NCBI GenBank assembly: GCA_003971905.1
Contig: RSEE01000064.1
Span: forward strand, 124,001 to 188,000
Length of the DNA: 64,000 bases
Direction: 5' to 3'
DNA from: Moniliella sp. 'wahieum'
Taxonomy: Eukaryota
Position 1 is the first letter of the stretch. Each line of letters opens with the position of its first letter. A program made the position numbers and the translations under genes. Of the stretch, positions 13,462 to 26,592 are shown piece by piece. Below the pieces are notes generated by a model. That model was not told the origin of the DNA. It did not search any database and worked only from the letters and a program-made list of their open reading frames with translations.

Positions 13462-13966
13462 GGTGGGGGTGGCGGGGGGGTGGCGCGCAGGGAGGCGCCT
13501 GGGCGGGTGGGCGCGCCGGCGTGTGGGTGGGTTGGCGCGCAGGTCCGCCCCAGGCGGAAGGAGCGGCCGGTCCACCGCACGCCACGCCCAGGGCAGAAGC
13601 AGAGGCCGTTGGGCGGCAATGTTCAACCAGCGGTGCTGTGTGCGCTCATCGCATCCCACCCGATCCATCCCACCTCCCGTCGAACCATCCCACCCGCACA
13701 TCGCACATCTCACCGCGTCGCCCACTAGGAAGAAACGTTTACCGTTTGCCGGTAACCCCCCCCTGGCGCTCCGACGCGCACCCCACGTGCCACCGGTCAC
13801 CCCGCTGCCACGCGCGTCTCGCCGCTTCTTCCGCCCGCCTTTCGCCCGCCCTTCCGCCTGCCTTCCGCCTGCCTTCCGCCCCGCCCTTCCGCCCCGCCCT
13901 TCCGCCCCGTTTCCCCCCCTCCGCCCTCCACACCCCCACACCCCCTCCCCCCCTCCCCCCCCCATC

Positions 13967-15268
13967 ATGCGCCCCCGCCCCCGCCTCCGCCCCCTCCTCC
14001 TCGCCCTCCTCGCGCTCTGCGTCGCAGCCGCCTTCGCAAGCCTCCGCACCGTCCCCGCCGCCACCCGCCCCGCCATCCACCGCCGCCTCGCCGCCCAGCC
14101 CCCGCTCTCCGACCACCAGCTCCGCGCCCTCGTCCACCGCCTCGACCCAGCGCCCACCCTCAACTTCACCGACCCCCAGTCCCTCCTCGCCCGCCTCCTC
14201 GTCCCCCGCGAGCCTGCCAGCCCAGGCAGCCTTGCCGTCCGCGCCGCCCTGGACCATGTCTTTACCCGCCAGCTCACCGGCTGGACCGTCGAGCACCAGC
14301 GCTTCACCGCCGACACCCCGCTCGGCCCGCGCGACATGGTCAATCTTGTCTACACCAAGCCCCTTGGCCCCCCGCTGCGCGAGCGCTTGCCTCCCCGAGC
14401 GCGGTCCCACGCTCACCCTCGCCGCCCACTACGACAGCAAGTACTTCCCCCCCCACCTCGCCCGAGTACCCCTTTATCGGCGCAACCGACAGTGCTGCGC
14501 CGTGTGCGATGCTGGTGGATGTAGCGCGGGCGTTGGACACTTGCTGGCGTCGCAGCCTGTTGCGCCCTCGGCCCAGCCTCCCGCACTGCAAATCATCTTT
14601 TTCGATGGCGAAGAAGCCTACCACCAATGGACGCATACCGACTCGATCTACGGCGCTCGCCAACTCGCTAGCCACTGGTCCTTCCCTTCCTCCCCTTCCT
14701 CGGCTCCTATGGTGCTCGTATCCCCGACCCAACCCCTGCCACGATGGCTGGCACGCAGCTACGCCTGGCTCCAGCGCCACCTCGTCCCTCGTCAGTGGGA
14801 CAAGTCTGCGCGGCGGATCGATCAGATGGAGCATCTGATTCTACTCGACCTGCTGGGCGCACCCAACCCTTCGTGCCTTCCTACTTTCACTCTACCAAGT
14901 GGCTGCACACGCGTCTCCTCGGTCTCGAAACACGATTACGCGATTTGGGCCTGCTCGATCTCAGTCCGACCCCCATTCCCAACTCCGCACCGGCCAACGG
15001 CGTGCCTCCGCTCCCGTCCCTCCCAACTCGAATTCGACCGTTCCTCTCCTCTGCCCCAGCTTGGGCGGCATAGAAGATGACCATCTCCGTTTCTTCTCAC
15101 CAGGGCGTGCCCGTGCTGCATTTGATTCCTTCCCCCTTCCCGTCCGTCTGGCACCGCAAAGCCGACGACGCCTCCGCACTGCATTACCCCACCGTGCGCG
15201 CTTGGAGCTTGCTCACCCGCGTCTTGGTCGCCGACTATTTGGGTCTCACAGACATCCCAGACGCCTAG
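13967..15268 (+). CDS. Glutaminyl-peptide cyclotransferase (peptidase M28 family) with N-terminal signal/anchor; frameshifts
   Basis: Motifs LTLAAHYDSK, IGATDSAAPCAML, IIFFDGEEA, DSIYGARQLA, LLDLLGA, IEDDH and VPVLHLIPSPFPSVWH. Hydrophobic N-terminus LLLALLALCVAAAF. Confidence 0.92.
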
Positions 15269-15271
15269 CAT

Positions 15272-15345
15272 AAGTACCAAGTACTAAGTACCAAGTACCA
15301 AGTACCAAGTACCAAGTACCAAGTACCAAGTACCAAGTACCAAGT
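15272..15345. repeat. Heptanucleotide microsatellite (AAGTACC)n, about 10 copies
   Basis: Directly visible; begins 4 nt after the glutaminyl cyclase stop codon. Confidence 0.95.
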
Positions 15346-16100
15346 GTCCTTACGTGCTCCATCCGCACTCCCCCCCGTGCCTTATGCCTCACCTTGCACC
15401 CCGGCCTGTGCCCAGTCGGACCGGACCCTGGGACCATCTCGATGCGCACCCCGGTCCCCTTCCCACCCCGGTCCCCTTCCCACCCCGGACCCCTCGGCCG
15501 CCCTAGACCCTAGTAGCGCTCATGCTTCCCTTTTTTGCTCGCACCCTGGCCTAATCTTATGGACTTGTACTGATCCTGTCCCACTTCTCCCATCGAACGC
15601 GACCCGCACTCACACTCGCACTCACACTTGCACTTGCACTCGTATCCACCTCACATGTCACATCTACACTCCCGTCCGGCCTCACATGTCACAGGACCGT
15701 GTACGTGTGTGGCCAGGTCCGAGCCCACCCCTACCGCATACTTCAACCGACATTACGACGGGCTACGGGGTGCGAGAGTGCTGAAAATGGCCAGGGCGAG
15801 TATCCACAGCACGGGACGCAGACCACGTCCAGACACAGAAACAGAAACGGCCGACAATTAACACCGCTGCCTGGGCGTGGTGGCGCCCTCGGGCAGGTCG
15901 CAATCATACGGGATGAAAGCAACAGGGAGAAGGAAGGAAGGAAGGAACCAATCATGGGGCATAGAGGAGGCGAAGAACGGTGTGGAGAGAGAAGAAAAGA
16001 CATGAAAAGAGAAGAAAAGAAAAGAGATACATACATCCCTCTTAGGGTTTTTTTTCACGACACAGAGGTGGGTTAACGTTTTAACGTAGAATTGAAACGC

Positions 16101-17252
16101 CTAGGGTACGACGACGGCGGATGGCTTGGTAGCCGCTTGGATGCGCTTGGTGCGGGTCCAGTCGACGACGACCTTGAATTGTTCAAAGAACATCCAGATG
16201 AGGATGGTGTTGGGCGTGAGACGGATCCAGGAAGGCACGTAGCCACGGAAGAGGAACTTGAGTCCGTCGTTGCGGAAATGCGATTTGAGCGTTTGCAATC
16301 CCACAGCCGCCGAGGGCGCGTTCATCAGTGTGGCCTTGACCACGTCAGCGGGACTGGTCACCGTCGTGGCCACGGTACCGGCCATAAAGGAGGCGGTAAA
16401 GTGGAGGACAGTACCTTCGGTAAAGTAGCCCGTACTGATCAGGCTCGCTTTGAACATATCGTACGTGGCGAGCTGCGTCGCGTTCATCAGGACCGCTCGA
16501 ACAAGGTTGGGCGCCAAGCCACGGAACAGCGAGCCCACCCCTTCTTCCCGCGCCATGCGCACCACCCCCGTAACAGAATCATGGTAGTTGTACCGCTTGT
16601 CCAGCGGTTTGTTCAAATCCGACGTCATGCGCACCAGCATAATGTCTGCCCCCCCCCCGCACACACACACCGCATCAGCGTCAGTCACTAGTCAGCTCGT
16701 CCATTCCGAATACAACAAAACAGTGCACAAGCCCACCAGGTGGACCAACGTAGCCAAACAGCAAAGTACCAAAGTACCGTACCGCCCTTGCCCGCAACGC
16801 CACCCGACCCACCCCAACCGAATCCAATTCGAACCAACCAAAGTATAACACGTACCAGCTGGGTTGCCTGCAATGCCCCCAATCACACCGGCGCCCATGG
16901 CCGAGAGGGCGAGGGCGGTATTGGAGATAGATCCGTCGGGCGACTGACGGGCGAGCGAGTTCTTGAAATGATCGTAGGCGGCAAAGCGGGCGAGCGAGTA
17001 CGTCATTTGCCTCAACACGGACGCCGACAAGCCTTGGTAAATCCCAGCCAGGCCATCTTGCCGTGCTGTCGTGACCAAGACCGAGGCCATGGACTTGCGC
17101 ACGCCCGTCTGCGTTTGCATCCGGTTCTTGATCGCATCGAGCGGGTGGGTAAAGACGACGGCACAGGTCGCTGCGATGCCGCCTAGCCAAAAGGGATACG
17201 GCGGGCCCGGCGCGGGAAGACTCTTGGTGCCCGAGGCAGGTGCGGAGGACAT
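16101..17252 (-). CDS. DIC1: Mitochondrial dicarboxylate carrier (SLC25/DIC1-like); intron 16646-16855
   Basis: YPFWLGG; three PX[DE]XX[KR] carrier signatures (HPLDAIKNRMQ, NPADIMLVRM, SPADVVK); GLSASVLRQMTYS; ATQLATYD. A GTACGT..CAG intron restores NPAD. Confidence 0.9.
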
Positions 17253-19395
17253 GGTGTCGGCGGCGGAAGCGGGGCGGGGCAGGTGGGCCAGGCGGTATAG
17301 AAGAGTAGAGGACAGAGATAGAGGTCGGGGTGGCGGTGGTGGGCGCAGGCGAAAAAGAGAGCGTAGAGCGCGGCCGGTTGGGGGGTAGCCAGTTAGGCGG
17401 GTAGGCCTAAGCGTAGGACTTGGGGAGGGAGAGGGGCAGCGTGGGGGAGGAGACTGGGCCCAAGGCGAGGGGGCGCAAATGGCGGGGTTTTAAAGTGGGC
17501 TGCGTGGGGGCGAGGCGAGGCGAGGCGAGGAGGGAGGGGGCGAGTGCAAAAAAGAGTGCGAGACATGCGTGCTGGATTGCACATGGGAGACCCAGCAGAG
17601 AGAGAGAGAGCGTAGTGTGGATCCGTGTAGTAAGTAAGTAGCAAGTAGCACGCCGCCTGGGATCCAATTCGCCCGCGGCCGGCCAGCGCGATGGTGTGCG
17701 GTGGCTGAGGCGGTGGCAGGCCAATACCAAATGCACGGTGGTCCGTGCAGACCGCCCGACTGGCCAGGGCCTGGTGGAGGATGCGTTTTGCCGGGCACTG
17801 CACCGCGGCACACTTCTCGCCTCCTTTCGCCCCTCTCGCCTCGCACCAAAACACGGCGGACTGGGCGGACGCACCGGCCGTAGCCCCCAGCGCCTCACGC
17901 CTCGCCACGCCTCAATATTCAATCCTTGCGTCACTTGGGCCCCGAACGCCCAGCTCGCCTGACCGGCCAACCCCGCCCTACGTCCGCGGCCGTGGCGGCG
18001 GGCCAGCCGGAGTCGGTCCATGTACTTCCCAGTTCCCCATCAATCATTAATCATCGATCGTATACGTACCCCATCCTCCTCCAAGCTTCACGCTTCTGAT
18101 GTCGGACAGGTTGCATGGGACACTGGTCAGATGCCTTAGGCCTTACGTTGCCCCTCCCACCATGTCCTATCGATTATCTGAGATCTCACATGCCGCATGT
18201 CACATGTCACCATTTCACCACCGAAAAAAGATACGCTGACCAATTGTCGTTCATGCTTCTGCCTCTCTGCCGTGTGCTGGCCTGCTCAACATGGACTCCA
18301 CCAGCCTTCTTTTTCTTTCCCTTCGCCCTTTCTTCTCAGGGACCATTTCTCTCGTGCCCATCCCCATCCCCAGCAGATCGACCCCCCCCCCCACCCACGC
18401 CCACACTCGCCCCATCATTAATCATTAATCATTCCCGCCTCCGCCCGCGGCCCATACGGACGTACACAAAACGTAAACAGAGGTCTCATCGGTTACCTCG
18501 ATCAACTGCCCACTGCCCACTCCCCAATCCCCCCCGCGACGAGAGAGTCTGGTACCTTCCCACATCCGAGCCTGCCACTGTCCGGGTGAGTTTTTACGAC
18601 GATGGGAACATTGCAATAATGACGGTTTTTTTCCCTTCTCATCCCCACCCCCACCCTCCCCAACACACTCACCCACACACCACGGAGGTGGGGGGGTGGC
18701 GCCCAGGTCCAATCCACTGTTTTGCCTGGGGACCGAGCGCGACGAAGACAGTGGGAAGAAAAACGCCGCGCGCGAGCGCCGCAAGTCTTCTAATGGGTCT
18801 ACGACGCTCAGTATAGTACCTCACTATAGTAGGGCCAGACCGTAACTGTAATCCCGTCCGGGGCCGCCAAATGAATACAGTAGAGGCATAATTAAGGAAC
18901 GCTATAGTGCATCATCGATCATCTCTCCGCGTCATCGACATCATCTTTTCGATCAACTCTGCCACACCGGTATGCATATGTCTTGCTCCACAGCTCAGCC
19001 CTGGGCCTCAGGCTGAGGCACCCCGCGCTGTGGCTGGAAGGAGCGCTTAGCCCTTAGCGCCGCTCACTCCCGGCGGGTTGGGATGCCAACTACTACTAAT
19101 ACCTATTTGCCCGATCTCAGATCTCAGATCCCAGTCTTCTTTAGGACACCCGCCGGGGGAGGGACAACGATCGCGACCGGTACCGGGTACCGAGTACCGG
19201 TTGTACGCCCCAACCGGATTGTAACATGTTCGGATGGCCGGGACGTAAGTATGGATTGGACCATGTCTTGTCTTCCCAAAGTTGTTGGGGTCAAATACAG
19301 TGCAGAACTTGAGACCTGCTTGTATTTTTGTAGTACGCAATTAGAGTATAATCCAGAAAGTGTTTGTGTGAGAAAGATGCCTCTTTTCTTCGGAT

Positions 19396-19437
19396 GACAT
19401 GGGACATGGGACATGGGACATGGGACATGGGACATGC
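19396..19437. repeat. Heptanucleotide microsatellite (GACATGG)n, about 6 copies
   Basis: Directly visible. Confidence 0.9.
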
Positions 19438-20010
19438 TTCCTCCCCACCACAGCACACCTCCCCACAGTACACCTCCCCATTCGAACCTACTGTCCTCCC
19501 CTGACTGGTGACCTGCGCCCGCTGTTGCCTCATAGTGTGCCTGCCTGCTGTCGCCGTACAAAAAATCAGCTTAATCAGGGCTACAACGACAATTGTCCTG
19601 TCCTCCTGAGTCTCTAAGTTATGCTTCTACAGCGAGGCTGGATGAAAGAGTTCATCATCAATTAGTAACCCACACCCCTGCAGTAGCAACGATATCTTCC
19701 AATGCAGCGGACATGCGGTGTACCCGGCCCATACATTCCTGATTCTCTTTCGCCCCAGCAACAGGGGAGGCAGTAGGTAGTATAGCTACCCTCAAAGATG
19801 TATATGGAGGGTCTTTCGGCTTCCAGCGTTCCTTTTTCTTTTGTATCTTGCTTCGCAACAACACGCTACGATGGGGGGCCAAGCACGCTCCTGATGCGGT
19901 GGCGGGGAACGGTGAGGTGGGATCCATCCCTCACCATCCTACCTTGGATTTTGAATCGAGCAAGGACTGCATCCCTGTGGACCCTAATACACACTGCAGC
20001 TGCATCGGTA

Positions 20011-20054
20011 TCGGCATCGGCATCGGCATCGGCATCGGCATCGGCATCGGCATC
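20011..20054. repeat. Hexanucleotide microsatellite (TCGGCA)n, about 7 copies
   Basis: Directly visible. Confidence 0.9.
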
Positions 20055-21392
20055 TGTTCTCTCCGTATCGAGTATCCGCCATGCTCTCTCCTTTCGCAGC
20101 TTTCCCGTCTCTTGGGAGGACAGGGGACCGCGCCGGGGCTTAGGTTGGCATCGAATCTTGTGTGCATCAACGTACTCGTGCTTTACTCCCAACTCCGTAT
20201 TGTGCCATAGGGTGCAGTGGGCAGCGCAAGCGCCTAGATGTCGAATCGGAGAATCGGAGGACCTGTACAGGAGGTCCAACTATTATGCATTATGCATCGA
20301 GGCTATATCTGTCGCTTTGACTCTGACACCCAAGCACCACGGCACCACGGCGCCCCACTTACCTCCCCTTGGGGTGCGAGCAGGTACCAGGCGATCTCTC
20401 ACGCGTCGTCGAGGGGATGAGGATCGAAGGTGTCAGTAACTCCCATCAGTTGGATTCCCTTTCCCATACCCTCTGTCCTCCACACAGACGCCCCACCTTC
20501 TCACCCGCATCGCACGTCAGACCCCAGTCCCCTCCACTCCCCGTGACAGGCGTACTTGCCCACCAACTACCCACCGAGAGAAGGTTGCCTGATCGCGACT
20601 CTCAGATCGCTTTGCAGGGAGCGTGCAGTGGGACGGTGGGGGGGGAGCGGGTGGCCACCGCGTGAACGTTGGTGTGGTGTCGGTATACGTATCTCTCAGG
20701 CGGGGGGCTGTCCACGCGCCATGGCAGATGCAAGGGCTCGCAGGAGGAGGTAGGACGTCGATGATGATAGGGAGGGATACATGGATAGATGCGGGCGCGG
20801 CGCACGAGTTTGGTACGTGGGACGAGCGACAGACAGAGGGTGTAAGTTGGGGAGAAAAGGAGCAGCTTGGCGCTTGGCGCTTATTAGCTTGACGTTTAAT
20901 GTTTCACGTTCAACGTAACCCTCTTGCGGCTTGGTGACTGGTGACTGGCCGGTGACTACCGGTGACTAGTGACTAGTAACTTGTAACTAGTGAGCTAGTG
21001 ACTAGCTGGGCAGCTTACCATTGATAAGTGAGTCTGCGGGTGTATTATCGGCCGTGCAAACCCACCCGCCTGTAGCGCGGAGCGCTGAAGCGCCAGTTGC
21101 ATTTAAAAACCGTACACGGCCCACTCTGTACTCAGTTGAGCACACTCAGTTACTAGTTACTCATCTTGACGCCTGGGCCTCAGGCCTCAGGCCTCTCGGG
21201 CACAGCGCAACAGGGCACAACCACCCCACGTATTCCACGCCCATACGCAAATACGACGCTACGATAAGCCAAGCCTTATTGTTTCAGCCTGGATCCTTCA
21301 AGCCGATTCCAGCACTCTTGCCATTTCCGCTTCTGTGCTTGCCTTGCCAAACACGCTGGCCCACCACGCTCCTCCGCCACCACCACAGCCTC

Positions 21393-22974
21393 ATGCAGCC
21401 TTTTCTTCCCTACTCCCTCGACGTTTGCGCTGTGGCCGGGGCCGCCTTGGTCCTGCTTGTCGTGTTGCTCGCTTCCGTTGCTCGACGGGGGAAAAGCGGG
21501 TCATCACGCAAATACGTGTGGTCAGGCCAGGTGCAACCGATCCAAGGCTCGCTTCCTGCTCCCATCAAGTACCGGCCCTTGTACGTGCCCCCTCTTCCTC
21601 CTCTTCTCCTCCTGCCCTGCCTCGACAGCACCCGCCACGTAAGGCTGACACGTGTCCAAAACCCCCGCAAAAGCAAATGGGGCACGTACCATGTGACCAT
21701 GGCGCTGAACCAGATCGGGTTCCAAGACTGGATCGTGCTCGATACGGATTTTGTCCGGTACTTTACCCTTCGGCGGTGGCGCATGGCGCGTTCGGGCGCC
21801 GACTCGGTCCGGTTGCTGCGCTCCAAGGACGGTGGCAACGAGCTGGCGGCCCAGGAACTGGCCGAGGAAGTGGCGGCCTACCTGGTGCACAAGTACCCGC
21901 CTATTTGTCTTGCAACCGGCGCAGGGCAGGACCCCTGCGCGCTTGGTCCTGCAAGAGGCGTATGTGGCTGCGGTGCAGGCCGATGCGAGCGCGGCCGAGC
22001 AGGGCAAATCAAGACGTCCTACCCGCTTGGCACGGCGGAAGAGTGCCTCGACATGGTCGGCAGCGTGGTGCCGGACGATGTGCTGGTACTGCGTGCGGAT
22101 GAGGAGCGCGGGGGGGAATATGTGTTAGTGGGCGGGGTGACCTGTACAGCAGGCACGTGGCGGTTGAAGGATAAGATTGGAATGACCTTGCGGCAGATCC
22201 ATACTTCGGGCCATGTGCCGCAGTACGAGACCAAGCTCAAGACGGGGATGGACAAGTTGTTTGCCCGCATGCCTCCGGACAGCTTGGTGGCCCGGTCCAA
22301 CTACGGGTTTCAGGTGGTACGCAACCAGCCTAATGTCGAGCCTCATGGGCTGGCCCACCTGCCCTACCACCCTGACGAAGCGGATGTGGCCGAGGCAGCG
22401 TGGGCAACGACGGGGTTTGGGCCGGAACACGAGTGGGAGCATGAGATGCGGGGGGAAACGGGACGCGGCGGCGGAGAAGGAGAAGGACGCATCAACCGAC
22501 ACGAGTGCCTCGGCTAACGACGCACACTTTGACCCGATCGCGCTGACTGATCTGAGCGCGTTCTGCCATGCCTCGGAGGCGGAGCAGCAGCGTTTGTCGA
22601 GCACGTGCAGATGCGAACCGAGCGACAGACGCTGCGTCGACTGCCGCGCTCGGGGGCGATTGTGTTTTACGGTGCGGACGATGTGGTGCCGGTGGTGACG
22701 ATGGCGCGGAGCCAGGGGTGCCGGCACGGCTGGCGTCGGCCTTGCGCTCATGGCCGGAAGATACGTTCAAGTGCGTCGGATGGCAGAGGAGGAGGAGAGG
22801 AGGTGTGTGCAGGGAGCGAGGATGCTGACGCGGTATGGGTGTGATGGCAGGTACAAGGGCGGGAGCAAGTTCCGGGACCAGCTGGCGCTGTATCTGGAGC
22901 GTGTCGCTGGCCAGCAGCGCACCGCGGGCGTGGTGGTGGACAAGGAGGCGGATCGGAGGCAGTATCCGCTGTAG
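21393..22974 (+). CDS. DUF3445 / heme-dependent oxidative N-demethylase alpha-subunit-like protein with N-terminal TM segment; introns 21581-21673 and 22771-22850
   Basis: After splicing: YRPFKWGTYHVTMAL, DWIVLD, GTWRLKDKIGMTLRQIHTSGHVPQY, RSNY, RTERQTLRRLPRSGAIVF and FKYKG, which are typical of fungal DUF3445 proteins. Confidence 0.85.
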
Positions 22975-23465
22975 GCGCCCGCAGCAATCGATCATCGAGG
23001 TGGGGTTAGGCAGCTGCCGCAGCACGTAGGTCACGTGGGGGACAGCAAGCCGCGGGGGTGGTTGGCGCGTTCACGCGTCTAGTGAGGCTAGTGAGGCGTT
23101 AGGGTGTCAGGGGGCGTGGCGCCAGCGCAGTGTGGGTCGGAACTCCGAGCGCACTGCAGTGTGTGATAGCTGCGGGCGATGTGGGGTGCAGCTTGCAGGC
23201 GGCGCAGGCGACGCAGGGGGCGCACTCGCACACGCAGCCACCACACCAGCCGTCGGCGGGGCAGCGACGCACCCGCCCGTCAGTAGTCAGTACACGCGTG
23301 TTATGAGCATGCCCACCCGCGTCGCGCCCAGCACGCCTCCATGCCTCCCGCATCCGCTCCGCCCACACCATCTGCATCGCCGCCCATCCCTCCTGCCGCG
23401 TCGCCAGCATCCGCGTGCGCCCCCCTGCGCATCCCGCCTCCGCCGCCCCGCCCCCGCCCACCACC

Positions 23466-26400
23466 ATGGACCCCCCGCCCCACCCCCTCGCCCCTGCTGT
23501 GCTGCCCCCGCTCCTCGGCCTCCACCACCCCCAGTCCGCCTGGACCAGCTCATTGCCGCTGCCCCGCCCGACACCAACGCCACCGACCCCTCCCCCCAGA
23601 TCCCAGCCAACGAGCACCAGATGCACACTCCTTCGCTAGCAGCGGCACCTCCCACCCCCCCGCCTCCCTCTCAACCACAAAAACCATCAGCACCGGAACC
23701 AGCACTAGCACCACCCTTCCGCCTATCGCATCCCCTCCTTTCAAGCCAACCTCCCCACCCTGTATGCGCCCTCTGCCAGCTCCGAGGAGGCCGACGATGA
23801 GAACACTGGCTTTCTGCTTGGCAGCCCCCCCCCTCTTGGCCTGCCTGAAAAGTACGAGCTGATGACCGTCAAAGGCTTGGACGGACATCCCTCGCCTTCC
23901 CATCCCACCTTCGCTCCCCTCGATAGCCCAAGACACGACCAAGACGACGCGATCTCCTTTGTGGACCATCGCCCCCAGTCCCCTACCAACGCCCCGTACG
24001 GCCTGGACACAAGCGGCGAGGAGGAAGGTTCCGAAGAGGCCGAGGAACCACCCGCTGTGTTTCGCGTCCCTGCCTCGGTGCGAGCCAGTGTGCCGTCCGG
24101 GGACGACATTACCATGCCGGTCAACGCTGCGTGTGTGGGTGCTTGGCCTGGTCTCGGCCAACGGATTTGCGATTCTGTTTTGCTCCTTTTTCAACTGGGG
24201 GTGGAACACACGCTTGGTCACCTCGGCGGTCATTGCGCAAATCCTATGCTGGCCCATTGGGTTACTTATGGCCGCTGTGCCCTACCCAGCTCATTGGCCT
24301 CTAGCTTGGTTTGTCAATCCAGGCCCGTTTAATATCAAGGAACACGCTCTGATTTGTATCATGGCGCTCCTCGGCCCTGGACCGGCTTGGCCCGTGGAGC
24401 TCATGTGGATCCATCAAAAGGGGGTGGTGGGCGTCCCGGCGCCCTACGGGTACCGTTTGCTCCTCATCCTCTCTTCCACCCTGATGGGACTGAGCATGGT
24501 AGGTCTCGGGTACCGAGCCTTGGTTCTTCCAGGCCGAATGATCTGGCCTCGGATCCTTGAGACCACGGCGCTGCTCGGCGCCTTGCATCGTACCAATGAG
24601 ACCCACTGGAGCCGCCGCGCGGTATTTTGGGGAGTGTTTGGGTTTGCCTTGGTGTGGGCGTGGTGCCGGGGTACTTTATGACCTGCTTGGCTCAGTTTAG
24701 CTGGATCGCCTGGTGCGCCAAAGACAACTTTGCCGTCAATCTCCTCTTTGGCGGCTCGGGAGGCATGGCCCTCCATTTTGTCTCGTTTGACTGGTCTACC
24801 ATTACGGCCGCCATGTCGAGGTGCGTATATATATGCCAACACAGTCCTGTTCTCCCTTGCCTGCCCCCCTTTCGTCGGTCCCACATCCCCTATGCACGTC
24901 TGGCTTGGAATACTGATGCATGCTCTCCTTTCCAGCCCCCTCGTCGTGCCGTTCTGGGCGCAAGTGAACACGATTGCAGGCTACCTGCTGTTCATTTGCC
25001 TTCTTGGCGGCATCCTGTACGCCACGGGAGCCCAAAACGGATGGTACATGCCATGGGTCGTGGGTTCCCCCATGGACCGGTTTGCCCAGTACTACAACGA
25101 GATGTTGATTGCTCCCGTGCTGCAGCCGGGAGAACCGATCAAGTTGAACGAAACCGTATACGAGAATTACAGCAAGCCCTACTTTACCCCATCTTTGGCG
25201 GTCAGTTTGGGTGTGGGATGGCCTTGGCTGTGGCGGCGGTGGTGCACTTTGTCTTATTTGATGCGTGGCAGATCCTGCACGACCTGCGCACGCCAAAAGA
25301 ACAAGAAGCGGATGTACATGCCCAGAGCAGCATGCGCTATCCCCAAATCCCCTACTATTGGTGGATCGCCACGTTTCTCGTGTCGCTGGGCTTGGGTTTG
25401 GGAGCGGTACGAGGATACGATACTGGTTTCCCCGTTTGGGCGCTGCTACTGGCCATACTGTTGGCGGCAGTGTATGTGTTGCCGATGGGCACGTTGGTGG
25501 CCCTGTCGGCTCTGACGTGTGAGCCAATTGATTTTTTCCAACTGCTGGCCGGGTACGTGTTGCCGGGCAAAGCGCTTCCTTGGCTCTTGTTCCGCCTGTT
25601 TACCATCACCGCCTTGGACCAAGCGTTGGTCATGCTCTCCCAGTTCAAGCTGGGACTGTACTTCAAGTTACCGCCCACGCTCGTTTTTACTGCCGTGGTC
25701 CTGGTGGAAATCACTACGTCGTTTGTGCAGGCGGCCATGCCACCGCTGTTTGGCACCCAGCTCGGGTACAATTGGCAAGCCACGTTCCAAAAAGCCGTGG
25801 TGTGGGGGCTGGTAGGTTCGCACCGCGTCTTTGGCCTGGCCAAGGACGCCGAGTATGGCTGGATCAACTGGTTCTTCCTAATTGGTTTTGGTGCCCATCC
25901 CGGGCTATCTCGCCCACCGTCTCCTCCCCCTTCGCCGCCTTTCCGTGGCGGGATTTCGATGGGACTTGATCAATTGGCCCTTGCTCTTCAATGCTGCCCA
26001 GAATTTACCCGGTTGGCTGCCAATCAACTTTACCAGTTGGTTCCTCACTGGCGCCATCTTTCAGTTTTCCTTGCGGCGCAAGTACCAGAACTGGTGGATG
26101 AGGTACGTTTTCCTCTCTCTCTTTCTCTTTCTCTCCACTTCCGTGGGGTATGCTTAACCTATACAAAGCTGATTGACCTCCCCTTTGATTTTTACTGTGG
26201 TACTAACGCACGATTTCTGCCCCCCCCCCTCTTTCTCTCTTATTACCTCTTACTTGCAGTTTCAACTACCTCACCTCGGCCGCCTTGACGACCGCGACGG
26301 CCATTAGTTACTTTATCATTAGCATCGGTCCCGAGCATGCGGGGGAATCGTTCGCCGGGGCCATCAAGACGCTCCACTGGAAACCCAATTTGATCGAGGG

Positions 26401-26548
26401 CGAAACGCGACAAGGGCATTACGATTTGGGCTTTGGCGCAGCCGCCTTGTGGTTCAAGAACATCACCATCCTCGGTACCGCCAATCATGGTGCTTGGGCC
26501 CCCGCTCCCAATGGGCTCTGGCTGCCTCCACCACCGTCTTCGACGTGA
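23466..26548 (+). CDS. OPT-family oligopeptide transporter; introns 24821-24935 and 26103-26259; start uncertain; frameshifts
   Basis: Motifs NPGPFNIKEH, SFDWS..SPLVVPFWAQVN, YPQIPYYWW, FKLGLYFKLPP, VVWGLVG and LRRKYQNWW.FNYL.SAAL; many hydrophobic helices. Confidence 0.88.
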
Positions 26549-26553
26549 TGCTC

Positions 26554-26592
26554 TGTCGATACACTGTGTCGATACGCTGTGTCGATACTCTG
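26554..26592. repeat. 13-nt tandem repeat (TGTCGATACNCTG)x3
   Basis: Directly visible; starts 6 nt after the OPT stop codon. Confidence 0.85.

Noticed and set aside
11215..14343. 1042-aa minus-strand ORF as one giant gene
   Set aside because: Its first ~290 codons are antisense to the glutaminyl cyclase gene and its promoter, and later parts are off-frame. It is a GC-rich stop-poor artefact; the plausible start is at 13461.
18819..18834. CTCACTATAG resembling a T7 promoter or vector contamination
   Set aside because: The TAATACGA part is missing, and ACTATAGT is one of many short palindromes in these intergenic regions.
13967..26548. Peptide natural-product cluster (glutaminyl cyclase, OPT, DUF3445)
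   Set aside because: No repeated-core precursor peptide, NRPS/PKS or DUF3328 gene is visible, and the genes are interspersed with a housekeeping carrier and long spacers.
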